From contig JALAIB010000048.1 in assembly GCA_023645945.1 (NCBI GenBank), positions 1 to 41,312 on the forward strand: a stretch of 41,312 nt of DNA, written 5' to 3'. The notes under the pieces are model-generated. The model made no database searches. It saw only the letters and a program-made list of their open reading frames with translations, and was not told where the DNA came from. The number at the start of each line of letters is the position of its first letter. Within the stretch, counting starts at the first letter, position 1. This document shows, in pieces, positions 33,969-41,312 of this stretch. Made by a program: the position numbers and the translations under genes. Source of the stretch: Diploschistes diacapsis. Its lineage: Eukaryota.

Positions 33969-35329
33969 TTACTTGCTCTTCAATGTCGCAACACCAATGC
34001 TCTTCCCATCCACATTGTGGTCGACGTACTTCCCCTGAAACCATGCTTGGCCAACAACCCACGTGTCAGCCCCAAAGTCGATCCCGGAGACAATGGCCGT
34101 GCAGTTGCCGCTGTTGTCCTGCGCCTCGAGGAAGGCGCTGGGCTCGATGTCGAAGAAAGATTTGCTGCCTGTAGGGTAGGCGAAACCGACGGTCGGCGGC
34201 TGGTCGCAGGGGTAGTAGCCCGTCAGCACTTCTGTGCAGCCGGGCAGGGAGACGTTGACGGCCTGGATGCCGGCTGCGTCGAAGAGGGCTTGGACTGCAC
34301 CTGGAGGTCTGCAGGAATGAATATCAGTTTCCGCCCCAGTGAATAGAAACTGTGGTGGAGGGAGGCCTTACCCAATCACGTTCGCCGTGCCACTGTCCAG
34401 GACAATCTGCTGGTCTTTCGCAATCACCTTTCCGTTGACCGACACGTCACCGGTGACTTGCCACTGGTCCGAAATGGGCGCAGTCGCTAGATTACCAGAG
34501 TACAGCGAGCTGTCGAGCTCGCCGAGGATCTGCTCGCCCGTACCGTCCGTCTTGAAGGCTAGGCCGAAGCGGCACGACAAAACGGCCTCGTGGTTGCAGA
34601 GGTTTGTGAAGAACGGGGTTGTTTGTAGCTCGGATGAGTCTGCGCCGGCGAAACCGACGAGGCCGTCGTGTGGGAAGGTAGTGATGGTGCCATTGTTGGG
34701 CGGAGTGGTTTCGATGACGTTGGCGAAGACTTGGTTTGTGGCGGTTAGGCCGCCGAAGGAGACGATATCGCTGTATTGGCCGTAGGATATCTTATATGTC
34801 TGTTAGTGGGATCGATCTACCTACTGGGTGGAAGTACAAGTAGCAACGCGGTAGATGGAGGACATGGGAAACTGACTTCAGCGACACCACATCCATCCTC
34901 CTCCGTTGTCGAGTATGCTAGCTTGCCGTTCTTGTTTAGGTTTTCGCTTGCAAACGACGGCTTGTATTTGCCGGGATTAATGGCGGGATCGGAGGACCCG
35001 GTATCGATCAACAGGCTCAGATCAATGGCGTCACCGACAGTAAAGCTCCCGTACCAAAAGCCCTATGGTTGTATAAGAACATTGTTGTTTCAGAGGGTAA
35101 TGTCCATAAAGGAACGTACTGCATCTTCTGATTCAGGATTGATGACAGCCCTCCTTGTGGTCTTCCGCGCAATAACTTTGGCCGCTTGCTTTGGGATGCT
35201 TGATGCATCGTAGGTAGATGACCTTGCTTGCGAGAGTTGGATGCGAGAAACTGATCGTGAGCGAACAGGATTTGCGATGGCGGTTGCGGCCTCAAGAGCA
35301 AGCAACAGTACGGAGTTCGAGATGTGCAT
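33969..35329 (-). CDS. Secreted pepsin-like (A1) aspartic protease (introns 35063-35119, ~34791-34876, 34309-34371)
   Basis: Signal peptide MHISNSVLLLAL, FWYGSFTVG, catalytic LLIDTGSSD and IVLDSGTANVIG, DGLVGFAG, WVVGQAWFQGKYVDHN; the frame stays open after splicing. Confidence 0.92.
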
Positions 35330-36355
35330 TCTGCTCGAAGGTATTCGTCTGAAGAGCGAGTGACGAGTAAAGGATAGGCGAAGTAAGGATACGTTCGTTC
35401 ATATATGCAGCGCGCATCCTAGACTTGCTTATTCGTCGGTTCGGTTCGGTTCATTAGGTACCCAGACAGTGACTCTCAGGTGAACCAGTAACATCGTTGA
35501 CCAAAGGGGTGGAAACCGGAGAGATTCAGCGTTCGGTGATCACTGCCATGTTGGGCCAAGGCCCGTAATGTTGGAAAAAAGTTGAGAGGAGAGGAGAGGA
35601 GAAGAAGAAAGAAGTAGCCCCAACAGCCGATGTAGTGTGGGCTGTCTATCTTCTTCATCTTCTTCTTCTCTACTTCTTCTTCTTCTTCGTCCGAGTACGT
35701 TGTATCAGTGCCCGCATCCTTTCTATCCTGTTTCCCGTCGCTACTGCAGCCTTTTGAAAAATGTAACCCTGAGCCGGAGGACACAATCTACCTTTGTATC
35801 GTCCAACTGCCAGTCCTTTCTTCCCATGCAAGAAGATCATCAGGCAAATCTCTTTTTTCTAAAGGAACAGGCGCAGGCTCTGAACCATTGAATGGAAACC
35901 GCGACTAATCCTGATGCTGGCGTGTTCGCTACCGTTGGAGTCTGACAGTTTTGGGGACCTTTCCGTCCGAGGGCTACGGCTCCAACCAAGTATATAACAA
36001 CGCTTATTAACAACGAGGAACCAGTTTCATCAAGAATAAGCAGCCGTATGCTGCCTGTTGTTACACAGTCAATGAATGACTCTGCAATCGACGATGTATG
36101 TAGCACGCAAGATTTACCCGCTCTACCTACACATCGTGCTAGAAATTCTTACTTGCCTGTCTCTAGCACTGTGGCTGAACTCAGACCTCGCGATGAACTC
36201 ACCAAAAGTGAAGTCTCTGTCGATGCTCTTCGAATAGCTCATGAAGGATCTTGGTACATGTAGAATGTGGAAGCATATACTAAGACTTAACGACGGACTT
36301 GCAGGCGATCTGCTCATTTCCTGATTTCCTAATAGCATTTTTCATCTGCACAGTC

Positions 36356-36835
36356 ATGCTGTCTATCTAGCCTTTCCCTTTTCATCTCCTTCTTCATCCT
36401 CACCTTGGCAACACCGTCGCCAGAAACCCCCATAGCGAAGTCGGCAGGTTCCCCACTGGCGACGAAGTTATACCAGGCGCAGGCACGCCTAATAATGTGA
36501 ATACAGATCCGGTTTTCAACCCCCGGATAGCCGTCCGCTTTACCAAGCATCTGCAGGGCGACTGCCGGAGTGTTGATGGTGGACGAGCGCAGTGCAGCAA
36601 CATCTGCTATGTCCTGGTTTCTACACAGGCTTCGGGCGGCAACCAACAGCAGCCGTGGATTGACTGCGCGAAGGATGATGGCTCGTCAAATGGCATCTGT
36701 GCTTTGCACAAGTGGAATTCGCTTAAAAGGACGAATCTGATCACGGTATCCTCGCCGACGAATAGTACGACGCCTCGAGGTTGTTCCTGTGAGTACGAGC
36801 CAGGGAATGGTACTTACTCTGAGATTCAGTGTTAA
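36356..36835 (+). pseudogene. Possible decayed small secreted Cys-rich protein
   Basis: ATG at 36356 is in frame with ORF 36497-36835 (8 Cys) but has TAG at codon 5. A hydrophobic signal-like stretch (SLSLFISFFILTLA) lies in another frame. Confidence 0.3.
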
Positions 36836-37337
36836 AGGGGTCACTGCGTCCCCCGGGCTACAGGCGGTAACGCTTTTTACGGGTTACGAAAACAATGAAA
36901 ACATTCCTGAATGTGTTGAGACGTGCAGTGCAGGTTCGGAGGCGAAGGGATCGCCTATTAAGAACCGCAAAGAAGTCGCACGAAGTGGTTGCCTGTTCAT
37001 CGCTTCCCTGTACAGTATATCATCAGATCAGAATTACTATCCTGAAATATCTCGCTTGATCTAGATATGCTTCTCGACATGACCTTTCCTTTCCACTTCA
37101 AAACCTAGGTTCCTACCTTGCTTAGTATCTGCAAAGGAGCTGTTCACTTGGGCATCTTAACTGCCCAGAGTGGATAAAAAACCTATAAAGTTCTACTGCG
37201 GTCGTCCGCGGCTATATACAGCTAGATATGTCTCACCTACGCCGCTGACCACGCATTTGCTGAAACGAGCGTCTAAAGGACATGAAGGTAGCAAGCCTTG
37301 CATTGTGTAATTAACTACAGTACTTTGTCGCCCCAAA

Positions 37338-38546
37338 ATGCGGCTTTTGAACGCTAAGACTGAAGAGTTTTCCACCTTCTTCGATGCCGACATCCCCAAG
37401 TATCTAGTCCTATCCCATCGGTGGGAAGGCCGCGAAACAACCCTGCAAGAATTCGAGGCCAGGCGACACTCGGACTCGAACGCGGGCTGTGAAGGAATTG
37501 CAAAAATCAAACGTTTCTGCGAGCAAGCTCTGCAAGATGGATGCAAGTGGGTTTGGGTCGACACATGCTGCATCGACAAGGCGAGCAGTGCGGAGCTTAC
37601 CGAGGCCATCAACTCCATGTGGCGCTGGTATGCGAACGCGCAAGCCTGCTACGTCTACATGAGCGACGTCCAGCCTGTTGCTGATGAAGTGTCTAAGCCG
37701 TCCTCCTGGGGGCTTGATGCAAGGCTCAGGGAATCGGCATGGTTCACGAGAGGCTGGACCTTGCAAGAAATGCTAGCACCACGGAGAGTGGTATTCTTCG
37801 ACCGTGATTGGAAACGCCTCGGGAACAGGGACAAGGCACCTTTGACGAAAATTCTGCAATCCATCACAGACATCGACAGAAAGTATTTCGGAAAAATCGG
37901 GAAGATCAAGTCGGCCTGCGTTGCTGAGAGAATGCTCTGGGTGTCTCAGCGACAGACCAGTCGCATCGAGGACATCGCTTACTGCATGCTGGGCATATTC
38001 GACGTCTACATGCCCTTAATCTACGGCGAGGGCCTGAACGCTTTCCTGCGACTACAGCAAGAGATCATCAAAGTGTCGGATGACGAGACCATCTTCGCGT
38101 GGGCAGCGCCCGGCCGCAAGCGTTGCGGTCCACTTGCAGAGCACCCGTGGGACTTCAGTGAGCTTGCCGGCGATAAAATCGAACAAAAAACATGGATCGA
38201 GCGGTCACCGTTCGGGATGACTCACAAAGGCTTGGAGCTCGAGATCTTCGACTCGCCGTTCATTAACACCTCGCAGGAATGCAGCATAGTGATCAATTGC
38301 CACGTCGAAGGTAAGGGCTGGATTCTCTTGGACTTGATGAAGGTTGATGGTGTCAGCTGGTGCAGGAAAAGTGGTGACTCCCTACGCTATAAGCAGGAGC
38401 TACCGTTCAGTCCTTCACCTTTGAGGGTGCAGCCTCAGTTTACACCCCATATTCCTTTCCCCGATCTGACTCCCAAATTTGTTAACGAGGACAAGCAACG
38501 ACGCATGAAGATATTCATCAGGCAGCATAACAACAGACTCATGTAG
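37338..38546 (+). CDS. HET-domain (heterokaryon incompatibility, PF06985-type) protein
   Basis: MRLLN...IPKYLVLSHRW, WVWVDTCCIDKASSAELTEAINSMWRWY, WFTRGWTLQEMLAP, RIEDIAYCMLGIFDVYMPLIYGEG, AFLRLQQEII; intact 402-aa ORF. Confidence 0.93.
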   Translation: MRLLNAKTEEFSTFFDADIPKYLVLSHRWEGRETTLQEFEARRHSDSNAGCEGIAKIKRFCEQALQDGCKWVWVDTCCIDKASSAELTEAINSMWRWYANAQACYVYMSDVQPVADEVSKPSSWGLDARLRESAWFTRGWTLQEMLAPRRVVFFDRDWKRLGNRDKAPLTKILQSITDIDRKYFGKIGKIKSACVAERMLWVSQRQTSRIEDIAYCMLGIFDVYMPLIYGEGLNAFLRLQQEIIKVSDDETIFAWAAPGRKRCGPLAEHPWDFSELAGDKIEQKTWIERSPFGMTHKGLELEIFDSPFINTSQECSIVINCHVEGKGWILLDLMKVDGVSWCRKSGDSLRYKQELPFSPSPLRVQPQFTPHIPFPDLTPKFVNEDKQRRMKIFIRQHNNRLM

Positions 38547-38835
38547 TAAAACTATTTGTAAACAGCAAGGCATTATTATCCAAATATTCTCAATATCTTT
38601 AAGATTTTCCCGTTAACTTAAGCGCTATATCATTGTGCTCCTCTGAAAGAACATTCGGTTCGAGAGTGTTGCCATCTCACTTCATCCTGCTGAGGCGCCC
38701 TGTAGTACACTGGGCGTTGAGAGAAGTCTGAGTTCTGGACTACTGCCGAGTAGTACGTGCCTCTCCGAGTTATACATATATGGCGGACTGCTGAGAAGCT
38801 TTGGAAGGATACCAGGTGGGTTTATGCTTGTTCTA

Positions 38836-39021
38836 ACGTATTCCACTAGTCAGTGACTAACACAAGTCAGTGACTCACTTTGTACCTCTCGTACAAAAAT
38901 ACATGTGATGATACGTGATAATCACGTGGAGAGCGACAATTAAGTACCATCACATGTATTTTTGTATGAGAGATACAAGTGAGTCACTGACTTGTGTTAG
39001 TCACTGACTAGTGGAATACGT
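38836..39021. mobile_element. 186-bp MITE of Tc1/mariner (pogo/Fot1-like) type
   Basis: TA|ACGTATTCCACTAGTCAGTGACTAACACAAGTCAGTGACTCACTT... with its reverse complement ending ...GGAATACGT|TA. Inverted arms of ~79 bp with few mismatches, ~29-bp spacer, TA on both flanks, no ORF. Confidence 0.85.
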
Positions 39022-39504
39022 TAGCGTGACTAAGCCTGAGCTAACGTAAGCAGCCCTGCCATTCGCTTGATGGCTTGGCGGCTGGGCAGAAGAGCTGTGC
39101 TAACAGCTGGACACGGCTGGTGGGGGTTTCTCATTGGTTGATGCTTGATAACAACCCTTGCAAAATGCACTAACGCTTTATCCATATCTGATTGGCTGGA
39201 CTTGCCCTGTTGTCCAAGCTTTCTACTTGTGAGGATCGCGTCCCATGTTGCAATCAACCCCCTCCGATCAAGTAAACAAGTAAGTGGGGAGTTCTAGCTA
39301 GCTCAAGATCCACCACCATCCAAATGGGTCCCACATCCACCTCCAAGATCCCAACAACACATTCTTTTATATGCAACTGACTGCTCTTCTGCCTGAAACA
39401 GAACCGCCAAGTGCTCGTCCCGCGGCGCAACGCACGTATTGACGTTACCACTGAGCACATTCCTTAGAGACTGGTAGTACGAGCAACGGCAAGAAAATTT
39501 CAGA

Positions 39505-40316
39505 ATGGCAGAGAGTACATCAGCAAGGAGAGGCGAGGAGGAGCCTCTTCTCGGTCAGCCCGGCGATGTGATGCAGCGAAAGGAACAAGGAATCCAGTAC
39601 AACCTGGTCACGGGTAGGACTTCGTCTGCGGAAAATGGTGCATCGTCAACTGACAGATAGGTATAGGCACTGCTGCTCTGGCGCAGGCCGGCATTTGGAT
39701 CCTTGCTGCTATAGTATGGTCAGCCGTCTTCAACTCGGAGCTGATGCTCTTCTCTGCTCATCCGGTAGGGCTTCCCCACAGGTTAAGAAGTTTGCTGATA
39801 TTGTCGTAGTTGGTAAATTCCGCCGGCCTGTTGCTCATAACGCAAGGCATTCTCATACTACAGCCCACGCACACCCCAGAGCAGAAACAGACCGGAACCG
39901 TCCTACATTCTCTTTTTAATGGGGTGGGCGTCTTGGCTCTTATCGCTGGTCTCATTATCATCGAGTACAACAAGTTTGACCACGACGCACCCGCGCATTT
40001 TGACTCCGCCCACGGCCGCCTGGGCTTGATCACCTACATCGTCTTCGTTCTTCAAGCGATCGTCGGCTTTACGCAGTATTATACCCCCAGCATCTATGGA
40101 GGCGTCGACAACGCCAAGGCGATATGGAAATACCACCGTATTAGCGGCTATGTCATTCTGCCGTTGAGCTTAGCCACGGTCTGTGCTGCGACCTACACTG
40201 GCTTCAACAAGATTTCTCTCCACATCCAGCTCTGGTCGGTGATAGTCGCAAGCTTGCTTGTTGTGACTGGTCTCGGGGCCAGGATGAAACTTCAGAAGCT
40301 CGGGTTGAAGAATTAG
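39505..40316 (+). CDS. Cytochrome b561 domain membrane protein (introns 39614-39666, 39765-39809)
   Basis: EEEPLLGQPGD, LFSAHPLVNSAG, QGILILQPT, VLHSL, HFDSAHGRLGL, AKAIWKYHRISGY; heme-ligating His pattern. Confidence 0.9.
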
Positions 40317-41033
40317 ATGGTTAGAACAAAGCAGAAGAATCACCAAGGATGAAAAATTAACAAACGGTAAAGAGAGGGACTCCGAAGCTTTGTCGAAAAT
40401 GGTGCAATGTTACGCGGTTTTCTTGGATTCGCATTCTTGACTCAAGATTTTTGTATATAGTATTGAGCCAGGCACCCTATGTGATCTTTGGAGCTCCTCG
40501 TTCACAAAATTGATTGATATTAAAGCATATTTCACGGTCGTTTTGGCAACCGGAACTTGACTCCAAATCTTCTTAAGTGTTTCAAGCCCGGAAAGGTCTT
40601 CGATTTTCCTAATGGAACCGCATCATGGCTCAGAAGTGCTCCAGACCATGGAAGGAGACATTGAGCACTTTCCCTCAGGTACCTATTCGACGACGATACC
40701 ATCCATGTTCTCACTAAAATTTCCCCAGTCAATACGGTTTCTGTGCCACAATGACCTATCTTGAAACCGGACAACATCCGCAGTGTTCCAGCGCAAACTT
40801 CTGATTAACAATAGCAGGGCCAACAAAGGCTGGGTCGATGGTGCTCGGTAGGCCACTATTATACCTGTCAGGGTGTGAACAAGTTATTGTTTCCGGTTCC
40901 CCAAACCAGCTTCATACCAGCAACTTTACCTGGCAAGGTATGCAGCTGATGTTTGGGCCTGGTACCATAAACTATTACGAGAATAGCGGTAGGCCGACAA
41001 GGACCGTTTAATTACAACGACGGCAATGATAAT

Positions 41034-41312
41034 CTATACTCTTGTTCCGAAAACCCTCAACCTCTTCACCCCTCCATCCGGTATCATAACAAGCCTCACA
41101 TGAGTGAAAACCCTCTCTACCATGCCAGGCTGCAGCTCACATTCCGCCTCCTCATCAGCCCTCATTTCCCGATCCTTTACAATAACCGTCCACTCACCCC
41201 CTTGCCAATCTTCTTCCCTCCCTTCTCCCCGCACCACATCACACCCTTCCACCCTTACCGCTCTCGGAAAGTTCCCCCTGAAATGCATCGTATCAACCAC
41301 CACTCTCCCCAC
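41034..41312 (-). CDS. DAL2: Allantoicase, 3' end only (runs off window)
   Basis: VVVDTMHFRGNFP and FTHVRLVMIPDGGVKRLRVFG allantoicase repeat motifs. Confidence 0.9.
   Translation of the reverse strand: MGRVVVDTMHFRGNFPRAVRVEGCDVVRGEGREEDWQGGEWTVIVKDREMRADEEAECELQPGMVERVFTHVRLVMIPDGGVKRLRVFGTRV

Noticed and set aside
35476..36263. Short ORFs with an imperfect (TTC)n tract encoding poly-E/K on the minus strand
   Set aside because: Explained by low complexity; no recognisable domain.

Overview
Eukaryotic DNA from a filamentous ascomycete (Pezizomycotina-type genes with short, mostly 43-63 nt GT-AG introns). Apparently intact genes: VPS35, a Ser/Thr-rich secreted protein, an aldo-keto reductase, a stomatin/SPFH protein, the intronless listerin E3 ligase LTN1/RKR1, a pepsin-like aspartic protease, a HET-domain protein, a cytochrome b561 protein and the 3' end of allantoicase. 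They are interleaved with many decayed accessory genes: EasG/NmrA-like, DUF2306-like, Zn2Cys6 factor, amidohydrolase, a 5' riboflavin synthase fragment, DUF7730-like, NB-ARC-TPR NLR and HNH. There is also a 186-bp pogo/Fot1-type MITE. The standout is a structurally complete tRNA-Ala(UGC) gene (17315-17435, minus strand). Its D-loop is interrupted by a 49-nt insert with the hallmarks of a spliceosomal (U2-type) intron: GTAAGG...CTGAT...CAGTAG. It does not look like a normal 37/38 tRNA intron. All family assignments come from recalled motifs, not from database searches.
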